From Blastocatellia bacterium (GTDB lineage: Bacteria; Acidobacteriota; Blastocatellia; UBA7656): 64,000 bases of DNA. Below are positions 24,480-34,801 of this stretch, one piece after another. Each line of letters opens with the position of its first letter. Position 1 is the first letter of the stretch. The translations under genes were made by a program, and so were the position numbers. Location: the NCBI GenBank assembly GCA_963765495.1, contig CAVXWP010000007.1, positions 672,001 to 736,000 on the forward strand, given 5' to 3'. The notes under the pieces were generated by a model. The model had not been told where the DNA came from. It saw only the letters and a program-made list of their open reading frames with translations, and did not search any database.

Positions 24480-25109
24480 ATGAGAACACAGAAAAACGAA
24501 TCGCTTGCTCTTTGCTCTGATGAGAAGGGACTCACTTTGATAGAGGCGGTCATCGCAATGCTTGTGACCGTAGTCGGGCTGGTCAGTCTGGCCGGGATGT
24601 TCACCGTGGCTATGAAGACAAACGCGAACTCGCGCGATCTTACAACCGCGACCACGTTTGCGCAGGACAAGCTCGAACAACTCGGGGCCGTCTCCTTTCA
24701 GCGACTCGTGGACCCGAGCCGAATGAGAAACAATCCTGAAAGTCACGGCCCCGACGATGCCATCATTGTCGGGAGTCTTGAGTTTGATGCTTATGGCGCG
24801 GACGGCTCACCCTATTTCGACAAAATATTTATCGCGGGTCGCAATGATGTAGAGCCCGAAGGGACAATCACAGTGATGAAGGCCGACGGCACGGCTGAGA
24901 CCCGCAGACCCGATGGGACGATCTCGACCGGCAATCCATTCCCGGAAAATCACGTCAATTACTCTCGACGCTGGGTCATCATGTCGAGCAACGAAACCGA
25001 ACCGGCAAACAGGCGACTGACCATAGCCGTGCGCGTGAAGAGCGAAAATCAACCCTCGGGCAAAACGCCCGAACTTGTTGACCTCTACACGGTGCTCACC
25101 AATCAATAA
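24480..25109 (+). CDS. Type IV minor pilin, PilV-like
   Basis: KG|LTLIEAVIAM, ATTFAQDKLEQL, YSRRWVI. Confidence 0.85.
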   Translation: MRTQKNESLALCSDEKGLTLIEAVIAMLVTVVGLVSLAGMFTVAMKTNANSRDLTTATTFAQDKLEQLGAVSFQRLVDPSRMRNNPESHGPDDAIIVGSLEFDAYGADGSPYFDKIFIAGRNDVEPEGTITVMKADGTAETRRPDGTISTGNPFPENHVNYSRRWVIMSSNETEPANRRLTIAVRVKSENQPSGKTPELVDLYTVLTNQ

Positions 25110-25123
25110 GCGAGGTTGATCCT

Positions 25124-26434
25124 ATGAAAGCAGAAGGCAGAAGACGGAAGGCAGAAGTGAAACGCATAGAGGCAAGCGGCTTGGAGCGAGGCTTTTCGCT
25201 CGTCGAGTTGACGATAGCCCTGATGGTCTTCACTATGATTATGGGATCGGTGATCCTGCTGCTTACAAAGAGCCAGGCGATCTTCCGCACCGAACAGGGC
25301 GTGAGCGAGATGGATCAGAATGCAAGGCTTGTGATCGATTTTCTGACCCGCGACATACAGCAGTCCAAAGAGAATGCTCTGGAACTCGGCCCGAAATTCC
25401 GCTCTATATATTCTTATAACGGACCCGAAGGCAAGACCGACGAGATAACCATAATCTCTTCCGATGTCGAAACAAATATGCCTCCGGCCGCGCTTCCGCT
25501 CATCCCCGCTTCGGGAAAAGATTTCAGCACGCACGACCGCTATCTTGAATTGTTGCCAAACGGCGCGGGCCATCTTGAAGCAGGCGATGTAGTCGGACGC
25601 ATGAAGACTGATGAAGAGTTCATCGTCAGCACTACGCTTGCCAACGGCTCGGTACAGTTTGATTTTCTAAAGGTCAAAAACATCTCGCTTACGCGAGAAG
25701 GCGCGATAGGCGTCACCTTCGATCCGGTTGAGCACCGGGGCGTTCAGTCGGAGGTTCCGTTCGGGGCCGTCTATGTAAACGGCGCTTTCAGTTTGCGGCC
25801 CGTCACAATCAAACGCTATTTCATCGACAGAAAGACCGACAAGGAGCACCCGGCACTCGCGCTTTCCGTAAACGACAGCGCACCCATAGCGATAGCTCGC
25901 AACGTCGTAGCCTTTCAACTCCGTTACCTCGAAGTGCCCGAAGGGCAGGTCGAAGGCGAGTGGGTCAAGTCTCAAAGCATATCCAGCAACTTAAAAACAA
26001 TTGCGGTTGAAGTAACTCTGACGGCGCGCACCGAGGTCAAAGACGATCCGACAGCCGAGCGCCTTGTTACGCTTGCGAGCGTCGTTCGCCCAAGGTCGGC
26101 GGGCGAGGGGCTCGGAGCATCGGGCGGCGGCGGGCGTTCGCCCGGGGTTCCCGGCGACGGCGGCGCGGGAGGCGATCCCGGCTGGGATGGCTCAGGCGGG
26201 GTTCCCGGCGACGGCTCAGGAAACGGTGGGCCTGGCGGCGGACCTGGCGGTGGAAACGATGGACCGGGCGGCGGTTTTGGCGGGCCGGGATCGGGTTATC
26301 CATCCGGGTACGGCTCTGGCAACAACTCAATTGATGACGGCTCAGGCGGATTCGGAGCAGGTGGATACAGAAAAGAGACCAGAAGAATCGGAAGACAGCC
26401 GAAGCTGGGCGAAAGGCTGTGGCAGAGACCATGA
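25124..26434 (+). CDS. Type IV minor pilin, PilW-like, with Gly-rich tail
   Basis: RG|FSLVELTIAL, MDQNARLVIDFLTRDIQQS, IARNVVAFQLRY; Gly/Pro/Asp-rich C-terminus. Confidence 0.85.
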   Translation: MKAEGRRRKAEVKRIEASGLERGFSLVELTIALMVFTMIMGSVILLLTKSQAIFRTEQGVSEMDQNARLVIDFLTRDIQQSKENALELGPKFRSIYSYNGPEGKTDEITIISSDVETNMPPAALPLIPASGKDFSTHDRYLELLPNGAGHLEAGDVVGRMKTDEEFIVSTTLANGSVQFDFLKVKNISLTREGAIGVTFDPVEHRGVQSEVPFGAVYVNGAFSLRPVTIKRYFIDRKTDKEHPALALSVNDSAPIAIARNVVAFQLRYLEVPEGQVEGEWVKSQSISSNLKTIAVEVTLTARTEVKDDPTAERLVTLASVVRPRSAGEGLGASGGGGRSPGVPGDGGAGGDPGWDGSGGVPGDGSGNGGPGGGPGGGNDGPGGGFGGPGSGYPSGYGSGNNSIDDGSGGFGAGGYRKETRRIGRQPKLGERLWQRP

Positions 26435-26483
26435 TTCGTCCTTTAATCACCGACAACGGACAAAATAGAGAGGGAGCAATCTT

Positions 26484-28610
26484 ATGAAAACATCGTTGCA
26501 AAAGAGAATGGCGATGATCGGCAATAATTTTCGGAGCGCGGAGTCGAGTGCGCGCCGCTCGAATGATGAAGCGGGCGTGGCGCTTATAGCTGTGCTGTTG
26601 ATTATGTCATTGATGCTGATGCTTGGACTTGCAGTGACATTCACCTCCGTGTCCGACAGGTTCATCACTTCCAATTTCAAAAATCTTACCAGCGGGTTTT
26701 ACGCCGCAGAAGCCGGTATCAGCAACATGCACCGATTGCTTCGCAGCGAGCAGCTTGTGACGGGCTCTCTGCCCGAGGTGCCGGTCGTCACTCCAGGCCA
26801 GCCTACGCTCAATCCCGATGACTTCACAGTTGCCGCCGAGCGGTTGTTCAATAAGAAAGAGGCCTTCCCAAACAACGCGGCCTACCGAACCAAGATATCA
26901 ATAGGCAATGTAAGCACTCCTTACCCGGCTGATGACAACAATCCGTCGCACGCGGCCAATCGCGTGAAGTACATCAACCCGGTCTATCCGCGTCTGGGGC
27001 AGATCGAGCCTTACTCGGTCTCATACAAGCTTGAGTCGGTCGGAGAAGGCGTGGAAGGCTTGAACGGCAATGTGACGCTGGTCGAAGAAGGCACGGTGGA
27101 ATTCAAGCTTTATGTCAGGGCCGACGGCGGCGGGATTCGCGTAGGCAGCTTTGCCGAGTTCGCGCTCTTTCACGATCACTTCAATCCTTATAACCCGGAA
27201 GGCCCGTTTATCTATCAGGGGCTTGGACCGGGCGACAGATTTTCGGGCCGAATACACACCAATGAACGATTCGGTTTCTGGACCACGGCCGACGGCTCAA
27301 ACGCCCCGGTCTTTCACGGTCATGTGACACAGGCATACCAGTCTGCAAGCTATTACAGGCACGGCGGAGGCTTTCCTCCCGCGCCCGTTGACGCAGATTC
27401 AGAGATAGTTGACGGCGTGCTGGTGGCTCCGAAATTCCTCGCCGGATTCGATAGAGGGGTGAGCCCGATCCCCCCGACCGGCAACGCATTCGATCAGGCC
27501 CGCGCGGTCCTGGACGGCGGGTTTACGCTCTCGCCCGGCACTCCTACCGACGGAGAGCTTCATACCGCGCTTCGCTCGGCTAATGATTTGAACGCATCTC
27601 TGCCCGATCCGAAAGACCCCGATTCGTTAACGCCCACGCTGCCGCGCGGCGTATACGTTCCTACAAACGGCGAGACATTTGACGGCAGCGGGCTCTATAT
27701 CATGGGTGATGCCGACGATGTGCAGTTGAGCGCAGACCCCGGGGCGAGTCGGCAGATCATAAAAGTCAAACAGGGCAATCAGACTACCACGGTAACGATA
27801 GATATGGATGCGGGCACAACGACTATTGATGCGGGCAAAGGCCCGCGCACCTTAAGAGGCGTGCCGCTGGATCGCTCGATAGTCAAGAATGGCAATCGCT
27901 CTGCCGCCTCGCTGTTTGTTTACGGCAGCGTCACATCGCTTCGAGGTCCGGGCCGTGATTCGGATGGCCAGCCCATACCGGCAATCGATTCGAACTTTGC
28001 TGTGACGGTCACGGCCGGGGGCGTACCGAGTGGAAACGCGGCCAAGCCGGTCTCGGGCGGAAGCGTCACAATAACCGGCGACATCACATACGAAACACCC
28101 GTTGTGGACGCGGCAGGCAACTCGATCAATCCCGATGCCGCAAACACGCTTGGCATATACGCATCGGGCGGCGACATAAACATTCCGCTCGATGGGACCG
28201 CACCCGACAACCTGACCGTCAACGCTTCGATAGCCGCGTTCGATCTTCGAGACGACCAGGGCAAAGCCATTCTGGGACCAAACGGCCGCCCCTCGGGCGG
28301 GCGCATAAGGTCGGATGTTGCCGGTCATCTGGGCAGTCCTTTTCGCGGCAACTTCATTCTGGTTGGCGGGGCGCAATCGAGCAACTACGACAACCTCGGT
28401 TACTACGACGGCACATTCCACGGTTACATGTACAAGGGGGTCTGGGACCCGCGATACGATCAGGGACAATCGCCGCCCTTCTATCCCGGTTACGTGGTCG
28501 ATGATGGAGGCCCGATTGGGACGCCTGAGATCACGGCGCAGACCAATATTCCGAAGGTGCTATCGTATAAACGGCTCTATTACGGCTCCGCTCAACCGAC
28601 GGGCAAATGA
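26484..28610 (+). CDS. PilX-like pilus assembly protein with large C-terminal domain
   Basis: EAG|VALIAVLL (no Glu5), GFYAAEAGI, GRIHTN, WDPRY...PPFYP. Confidence 0.82.
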   Translation: MKTSLQKRMAMIGNNFRSAESSARRSNDEAGVALIAVLLIMSLMLMLGLAVTFTSVSDRFITSNFKNLTSGFYAAEAGISNMHRLLRSEQLVTGSLPEVPVVTPGQPTLNPDDFTVAAERLFNKKEAFPNNAAYRTKISIGNVSTPYPADDNNPSHAANRVKYINPVYPRLGQIEPYSVSYKLESVGEGVEGLNGNVTLVEEGTVEFKLYVRADGGGIRVGSFAEFALFHDHFNPYNPEGPFIYQGLGPGDRFSGRIHTNERFGFWTTADGSNAPVFHGHVTQAYQSASYYRHGGGFPPAPVDADSEIVDGVLVAPKFLAGFDRGVSPIPPTGNAFDQARAVLDGGFTLSPGTPTDGELHTALRSANDLNASLPDPKDPDSLTPTLPRGVYVPTNGETFDGSGLYIMGDADDVQLSADPGASRQIIKVKQGNQTTTVTIDMDAGTTTIDAGKGPRTLRGVPLDRSIVKNGNRSAASLFVYGSVTSLRGPGRDSDGQPIPAIDSNFAVTVTAGGVPSGNAAKPVSGGSVTITGDITYETPVVDAAGNSINPDAANTLGIYASGGDINIPLDGTAPDNLTVNASIAAFDLRDDQGKAILGPNGRPSGGRIRSDVAGHLGSPFRGNFILVGGAQSSNYDNLGYYDGTFHGYMYKGVWDPRYDQGQSPPFYPGYVVDDGGPIGTPEITAQTNIPKVLSYKRLYYGSAQPTGK

Positions 28611-28613
28611 GCA

Positions 28614-28697
28614 GACAGGATTTACAGGATTAAAGAGGATTCAACCGCGTTCTCTTTTAATCCTGTAAATCCTGTCAAAAAAATCCGTTAATCCTGT
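28614..28697. repeat. ACAGGATTT-type inverted-repeat element
   Basis: GACAGGATTTACAGGATTAAA...TTTAATCCTGTAAATCCTGTC between convergent genes. Confidence 0.88.
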
Positions 28698-28699
28698 TA

Positions 28700-29743
28700 T
28701 TAGCTTTCCGGGAATTTGCCGCCGCCCGGTTTTTCAGGCGGGCGCAGGGTGGTCTCTTCTACATCCTCAAAATCATCTACCAGAGCTGGATCAGGCAGAT
28801 CAGGGGCTCGGGGTATGGTTTCAGCCCCCCATCTGCTCAAGGGATATGTGCCGCTTGACAGTGGAAGGGTTCCCAAATCCTCTCGCACCTTATGGGTCTG
28901 GAGCTTGCCTCCTGCGCACTGAGTTATCAGGACGGTGATGTTGTCTTCGCCTCCCCGCTGGTTGGCGAGCGCAATCAGCGATTCGCAGGCTTCTTTGAGC
29001 GAAGGCGCTTTATCTATGATCTGGCGCATCTCTTCGGCGCGCACCTTATTGGAAAGACCGTCGCTGCAAAGCACCAGGATATCCAGATCGCGCAGTGCCA
29101 GCCGGTCAACGGCGACGCTGATTGTGGGCGAGGCCCCAAGCGCCTGCAATATGACGTTTTTGTATGTGTGGCTCTCGGCTTCTTCTTCGGTGATGTGACC
29201 CGCCTGTACGAGTTGCCCTACGAGTGACTGGTCCTGCGTTACCTGTTGTATTTGCCCGCCCCGGATCAGGTAGGCGCGAGAGTCGCCTATCTGCGCGAAG
29301 TAGACGCTTGTGTTTTCCATACCGACAGCGGTAAATGTAGCGCCCATGCCCGCGTATTCCGGGCGTTTCAGGCTCATCTCGTAGATGTAGAGATTCGCAA
29401 GTTCGATTGAGAGGCGGAGTCGTTCGGAGAAGGGAAGTTTCGCGTGTTTTGGACTGGCCTGAAGTTCGAGCATGCGGTCGCGGACGCATTCTACGGCCAG
29501 GCGGCTGGCGACTTCTCCGGCAAGCGCGCCGCCCATTCCGTCAGTCACGGCAAGCACTAATCCGTAATGGCTCTGCTCAAAGGTAGTTATATTCTCGCTC
29601 GGGTCACCCTTTACGGTTTCAGGCGTCCAGGTATCTGCGGTGGAGAGGTTGAGGACGAGAAAATTATCCTCATTACCGGGGCGAACAGACCCCAGATCGG
29701 TTTGCACGTAAACTGAGATTTTGAATCCAACGTCGTCCGACAT
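28700..29743 (-). CDS. PP2C-family Ser/Thr phosphatase (Stp1/PrpC-like)
   Basis: TDLGSVRPGNED, AVTDGMGG, IGDSRAY, LCSDGL, GGEDNIT. Confidence 0.95.
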   Translation of the reverse strand: MSDDVGFKISVYVQTDLGSVRPGNEDNFLVLNLSTADTWTPETVKGDPSENITTFEQSHYGLVLAVTDGMGGALAGEVASRLAVECVRDRMLELQASPKHAKLPFSERLRLSIELANLYIYEMSLKRPEYAGMGATFTAVGMENTSVYFAQIGDSRAYLIRGGQIQQVTQDQSLVGQLVQAGHITEEEAESHTYKNVILQALGASPTISVAVDRLALRDLDILVLCSDGLSNKVRAEEMRQIIDKAPSLKEACESLIALANQRGGEDNITVLITQCAGGKLQTHKVREDLGTLPLSSGTYPLSRWGAETIPRAPDLPDPALVDDFEDVEETTLRPPEKPGGGKFPES

Positions 29744-29921
29744 ATTCTAAAATGGTCCAGGCCGCGAAAGCAGGTCGCCGGGCAATGATAACATATAGAT
29801 GTGGCCGACCTGATTGCTGTCTACATAAACAAATTTGTAACGGCTAATTGTGGCGCTGATTATGCTGGGCTTTCGGCCAATCCGCAATAACCGTCCGTCA
29901 TTGTAGTCACTGTCCCCTCTC

Positions 29922-31064
29922 TCAATCAAGTCTGTTCAACGCAGAATCGAGATCCGCGATAATATCTTCGGCATCTTCGATGCCTACCGATATGCGAACA
30001 AGCCCGTCGGTAATGCCAAGACGCTCGCGTTCGGGAGCGGGAACCGATGCGTGCGTCATGGTGGCCGGATGAGAGATCAACGTCTCAACCCCTCCTAGCG
30101 ATTCGCCCAACGTGCAAAGCCGCACGCTTTCAAGCACCCGCCCGGCTCGTTCGAGCGAGCCGGTTTCAAACGATATCATCCCACCGAATCCAGCCATCTG
30201 ACGGCGCGCAAGCTCATACTGAGGATGCGATTTCAATCCCGGATAATATATCTTTTCAACGCGCGGGTGCTCGGACAAAAACTGTGCTACAAGGCGTCCG
30301 TTCTCGTCGTGCTGCCGCATACGCACGGCCAGCGTCTTTGTTCCGCGCATAACAAGCCACGAATCCATCGGCGACAGTATGGCACCGGCCGCGTTCTGTA
30401 TAAACTGAAGCGCGCGCGCGTCATCCTCATCATTGAGGATCGCTGCCCCTCCCACGCTGTCGCTGTGGCCGTTAAGATACTTCGTCGTCGAGTGTACTAC
30501 AATATCCGCGCCGAGTTCGAGCGGACGTTGAAAAAACGGGCTCATAAAAGTGTTGTCAACGACAAGGCGAATGCCGCGACGGCGCGTAATCTCAGAGACG
30601 GCCTCGATGTCTACGAGCGACATGACAGGGTTTGTCGGAGTTTCGATAAAGACCATGCGGGTATTTTGCCGGGCGGCGTCCTCGATTGATTGCGGTTCGC
30701 GCGCGTCCACGTAGCTGAAATCGAGCCCGAAATTCTTCAGTATCTTGTCGAACAGGCGGTACGTGCCTCCATAAGTGTTATCGCTTACGATCACGTGATC
30801 GCCCGCCTTGAGCAGGGTCATCACCGCATTTATTGCCGCCATGCCGGAAGCGAAAGCGAAACCTGCTCGCCCGTTTTCGAGCGCGGCCAGATTCTTTTCC
30901 AGCGCCATTCGAGTCGGGTTTTGAGTCCGCGCATATTCGAATCCCTTATGTTTCCCGATGCCTTCCTGCGCGTAGGTGGATGTTTGATAGATCGGCACTA
31001 TGACTGCGCCCGTGGCCGGGTCAGGTTCCTGGCCCGCGTGAATCGCCTTCGTAGAAAATTTCAT
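29922..31064 (-). CDS. Cystathionine gamma-synthase/gamma-lyase (Cys/Met metabolism PLP enzyme)
   Basis: PIYQTSTY, YARTQNPTR, ETPTNP, VVHSTTKYLNGHSD, ESLGGVE. Confidence 0.95.
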   Translation of the reverse strand: MKFSTKAIHAGQEPDPATGAVIVPIYQTSTYAQEGIGKHKGFEYARTQNPTRMALEKNLAALENGRAGFAFASGMAAINAVMTLLKAGDHVIVSDNTYGGTYRLFDKILKNFGLDFSYVDAREPQSIEDAARQNTRMVFIETPTNPVMSLVDIEAVSEITRRRGIRLVVDNTFMSPFFQRPLELGADIVVHSTTKYLNGHSDSVGGAAILNDEDDARALQFIQNAAGAILSPMDSWLVMRGTKTLAVRMRQHDENGRLVAQFLSEHPRVEKIYYPGLKSHPQYELARRQMAGFGGMISFETGSLERAGRVLESVRLCTLGESLGGVETLISHPATMTHASVPAPERERLGITDGLVRISVGIEDAEDIIADLDSALNRLD

Positions 31065-31193
31065 AACACTATTCTCCGGTTGTGGCATCCTTCGTCTTTA
31101 ATCTAGCATCTTTCTCTCCGTTTTTTAAATTGATCGGGAAACTTCCCGGCGGGGCGTCCTGGACGGGCTTCTATTTAGAAAGAGAGAAAACTT

Positions 31194-31260
31194 GCCACAA
31201 AGACACAGAGGCACAGAGAAAGGAATACAAACAATCTCTGTGCCTCTGTGTCTTTGTGGC
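31194..31260. repeat. Perfect 26-bp inverted repeat of CACAGAGG-type octamers
   Basis: GCCACAAAGACACAGAGGCACAGAGA (31194-31219) / TCTCTGTGCCTCTGTGTCTTTGTGGC (31235-31260). Confidence 0.92.
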
Positions 31261-31408
31261 TATTATGAACCGTTCGACAATGTTGAATCGAAAGAGCGAT
31301 TGACTGTATAGTTTTATCACAGCATCTTATTTCATCGAAGCGCCGGTCAGTTAATCGAGATAAATACTCGATTGCAGCAAGAATGCAAAAGGGAGTTTTG
31401 TCAGGCAT

Positions 31409-33613
31409 ATGTTCAAATTTAGGATAGCGCTGTTTATTATCCTGCTCGCGTTTATATCTCTTGCAGGGCCGATCACGCCCTTTATTTACCCTGTGAAGGC
31501 GCAATCGGAAGCCTCGGCGGAACCGGGCGTATTTCGCTCAAAAACCCTTGAGATGACTGTAAAGGCCGGATTCGGCAAGGTCGAAATAAATTATTACTCG
31601 GGCATCTGGGTCCCCTTCCGCATTATGATAGCCAATCAGGGCGAGCCTATAACGGGCCGCCTCGTCGTGACTGCCGAATCTCAGCCAAATCCAAATCCGC
31701 AACTGCGCAATTTCGTAAAGGATGTTCAAATACCTACCGGCTCGCGCCAGTTTCACGAGATACCCGTTTATCTCAGCTCAGGCCATAAAGACCCGGTTAT
31801 CAACCTCGTCTCCGGCGGCGAAGTTTTAGCCGGTACCACAATCAGGGTAGAGCGTAATTACGGGCGCGACCAGGAGCTTGACATCGCCGTAGTCGATACG
31901 GATTCGACTACGCTCAACAATCTCACCTCGGCCGATATATATCGCTTCCCCGGAAGAGAGCCGTTCAAGCCCGGCCCGCTCCCGACCGCAACCGCGCAGG
32001 AAGATGAAGAGACCGCGCAGACCCCTGCGCCGCCGCCCACGCCGGGGCCGCAGGGAAGACGCTCGCGGAATCGAATGACCTCTTCGGGCAAGCAGCAGGG
32101 TCTGCTTGCCCGCCTCGCCCCGCTCGCGCCCGAAGATTTGCCGCGTGATTATGTCTCTTATGACGCGCTCGATGTTGTGGTGATAGGCGACGCGCCGCTC
32201 AGCCAGCTATCGGAAGAGCAGGCGCGGGCGTTGAGGTTGTGGGTGGCTTCGGGCGGGTTGTTGATCGTGACCGGAGCGGCAGACGTAGCGGGTCTCCGCG
32301 CTCTGGGGCTGGACTCGCTATTGCCTGTGGAAGCTCAAGGCGCGGTTTCCTCTCCAGGGCTTGCGGAATTTACCGGAGTTTACGGCGGCTTCGACGCAAG
32401 CGTCCCCGCGCTGATAATGTCTGCGCAAGTCCGGCCCGGCGCGCGTACGCTTATCGGCTCCGAAGACCGCCCCCTGGTAGCCGAAAGAAATTTCGGCAGC
32501 GGGCTTGTCCGCTTTGTAGCTTATAACCCCAAGCTCAACCCTTTTCGCGGATGGGTCGGAACGCGCTATCTGTGGACGGATCTGCTATTGCCCGCCGCCG
32601 AATCAAAACCCCGGCGGAATCAGAATTCGATGTTGATAACGAGGCGGGGGGGACGCCGGGCAAGCAACGGCGGGATTGAGGATTTTCTATTCGAGCTTGC
32701 CGAAATCGAGCCGCCCTCGGCCAACTATTTCCTGCTCTTTCTCGTGGCTTATCTTCTGATAGTCGGCCCGGCAAATTACTTGATACTGCGATGGATGCGA
32801 AAGCTCGACCTGGCGTGGCTCACCATTCCGTCAGTCATCATTTTGTTTACGGTCGTGAGCGTGGCCGTGGCTCAGGTCAGTCGCGGTGGCAATTCGATTG
32901 CAGCCGATGTCTCGCTTGTAGAATTGCATCAATCGGAAGGCATCAGCCAGACGCTTGGCTCGCTTCTGATAATGCCCGCCTCGAAAGGGACGCGCGCGCT
33001 CTCTTTTGAAGGCAGCGATACATACGCAAATGCCGCCGACAATTTCAACTCGCCGCTGTCATCGACGGGCGACCCCATCGAATTTCAGCGTGAGCCGAAG
33101 CAGTATCAGTTACAGGTTCCCACAAATACCTGGACGCCCGGCATGTTCAGATTTCGCTCGATTGGGGAGGGGCAGCCGCCGCTTTTGGCCGTGACAAAGA
33201 AGGCAGACGGCGCAGTCAGGGTCAAGAATCTGGGCGACGCGCGTATGTTCAAAGCCGTGTATATGAGCGCCGAAGGAATCTCGAACCCGTTCGATCTTGC
33301 GCCCGGTCAGGAAAGCGAAGTCTCGCTGAACGGGCCTAATACGATGTCGTTTACCGAGTGGTATTCCGCGCAGCTTGGCGAAGACAATCAGGAGGCGAGA
33401 GCCTTTTATAATTTCGGTCCCATGCTGGATGGCATCATAGGGGGCGAAGAAGTATTCGAACATGGCTTTTTCGACACCTTACAGATGACGGCGGGGCTCA
33501 GGAAACTTGAGCACCCGATGGTTATCGGTTTCGTGGAAGCGAGCCGCAACCCTATGAGCTTTGACGGTTCGATCAAAGAACGGAGCAAGACTTTTTATGT
33601 CATCCACCTTTAG
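31409..33613 (+). CDS. Membrane protein with glutamine-amidotransferase-like (DUF4350-like) extracytoplasmic domain
   Basis: Signal peptide; YDALDVVVIGD, LRLWVASGGLLIV, NFGSGLV, IVGPANYLIL..AWLTIP. Confidence 0.75.
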   Translation: MFKFRIALFIILLAFISLAGPITPFIYPVKAQSEASAEPGVFRSKTLEMTVKAGFGKVEINYYSGIWVPFRIMIANQGEPITGRLVVTAESQPNPNPQLRNFVKDVQIPTGSRQFHEIPVYLSSGHKDPVINLVSGGEVLAGTTIRVERNYGRDQELDIAVVDTDSTTLNNLTSADIYRFPGREPFKPGPLPTATAQEDEETAQTPAPPPTPGPQGRRSRNRMTSSGKQQGLLARLAPLAPEDLPRDYVSYDALDVVVIGDAPLSQLSEEQARALRLWVASGGLLIVTGAADVAGLRALGLDSLLPVEAQGAVSSPGLAEFTGVYGGFDASVPALIMSAQVRPGARTLIGSEDRPLVAERNFGSGLVRFVAYNPKLNPFRGWVGTRYLWTDLLLPAAESKPRRNQNSMLITRRGGRRASNGGIEDFLFELAEIEPPSANYFLLFLVAYLLIVGPANYLILRWMRKLDLAWLTIPSVIILFTVVSVAVAQVSRGGNSIAADVSLVELHQSEGISQTLGSLLIMPASKGTRALSFEGSDTYANAADNFNSPLSSTGDPIEFQREPKQYQLQVPTNTWTPGMFRFRSIGEGQPPLLAVTKKADGAVRVKNLGDARMFKAVYMSAEGISNPFDLAPGQESEVSLNGPNTMSFTEWYSAQLGEDNQEARAFYNFGPMLDGIIGGEEVFEHGFFDTLQMTAGLRKLEHPMVIGFVEASRNPMSFDGSIKERSKTFYVIHL

Positions 33614-33637
33614 AACAATTTCCAGATACGATTACCG

Positions 33638-33733
33638 TGTAGGGGCAGGGCTTGTCCCTGCCCGAATCGCGCGTAAGCGCGATGATGTCCGGCGCTCGCG
33701 CGCCGCCGGGCAGCCACAAGGGCTGCCCCTACA
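33638..33733. repeat. GTAG-family REP doublet (REPIN-like)
   Basis: TGTAGGGGCAGGGCTTGTCCCTGCCC...GGGCAGCCACAAGGGCTGCCCCTACA. Confidence 0.85.
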
Positions 33734-33758
33734 TCTTCGGAAGGGTGAGTAAGCCGAG

Positions 33759-34706
33759 ATGAGCGACAAACCGCAGGCGATGATAAAGCTTGAAAACGTC
33801 AGCAAGTATTACAGAAATTTCCCCGCCGTAAATGACATCTCTCTTGAGATCGCGCGCGGCGAAGTCTTTGGCTTTATCGGTCCGAACGGCGCGGGCAAAA
33901 CCACTACTATCAAGATGCTGGCCACGCTGATGCTGCCAAACTCGGGTCGCCTGAGCGTAGGCGGGTACGATGTCGAAGGCGAACCTTTCGAAGTGCGCCG
34001 CATCATCGGTTACATGCCCGATAGCTTCGGCGTTTACGACGACCTGCTTGTCTGGGAGTATCTGGATTATTTCGCCGCGCTCTATCACATAGCCCCCGAC
34101 CGGCGAAAGAAGGCGATTTCGGATGTGCTTGAGCTTACCGATCTATCTATCAAGCACAACGCGCAGGTGATGAGCCTGTCACGCGGGATGAAACAGCGGT
34201 TGTGTCTGGCCAAGACTCTGATCCACGACCCGGAGGTGCTGTTGCTTGACGAACCCGCTTCGGGTCTCGACCCGCACGCCCGCATTGAAATCCGCGAGCT
34301 GATCCGCGAATTGTGCCGGATGGGAAAGACCGTTCTCGTCTCTTCTCACATACTCACAGAGCTTGCGGATTTCTGCACCTCGATAGGCATAATCGAAGCG
34401 GGGCGGTTGCTCGCATCCGGTCGCATAGACGAGATAACGGCCCAGCTTGCCGGAAACGTGATGCTTGAGATCACGGTCAAAGGCGACCCGGCCCCGGCGC
34501 TCGAGGCGCTGGCCGAGCGACCTGAGATCAAACGCACTACCTGTGACGGGAGGGTGATCAAAGCCGAATTTGAGGGACATTCCGACGACGTTGACGAGTT
34601 GCTTGAATATCTGATCGCTCGAAACATCCGGCTGCTCGGATTCACAAGGGCAGAAGCCGATCTTGAAGATATTTTCCTGAAGATCACGCGAGGGGTGGTC
34701 GCGTGA
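33759..34706 (+). CDS. ABC-2 type transporter ATP-binding protein
   Basis: [33 protein letters not shown]. Confidence 0.96.
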   Translation: MSDKPQAMIKLENVSKYYRNFPAVNDISLEIARGEVFGFIGPNGAGKTTTIKMLATLMLPNSGRLSVGGYDVEGEPFEVRRIIGYMPDSFGVYDDLLVWEYLDYFAALYHIAPDRRKKAISDVLELTDLSIKHNAQVMSLSRGMKQRLCLAKTLIHDPEVLLLDEPASGLDPHARIEIRELIRELCRMGKTVLVSSHILTELADFCTSIGIIEAGRLLASGRIDEITAQLAGNVMLEITVKGDPAPALEALAERPEIKRTTCDGRVIKAEFEGHSDDVDELLEYLIARNIRLLGFTRAEADLEDIFLKITRGVVA

Positions 34707-34709
34707 TCA

Positions 34710-34800
34710 AGTTTTGAGTTTTGAATTTTGAGTTTTGAATTTAACCTGAATCCCGACATTCAAAACTCAAAACTTAAAACTCAAAATTCAAAACTCAAAT
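34710..34800. repeat. Heptamer (TTTTGAG/TTTTGAA) inverted-repeat element
   Basis: Left arm identical to 23638-23669; fills the gap between ATPase stop and permease start. Confidence 0.9.
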
Positions 34801-34801
34801 T

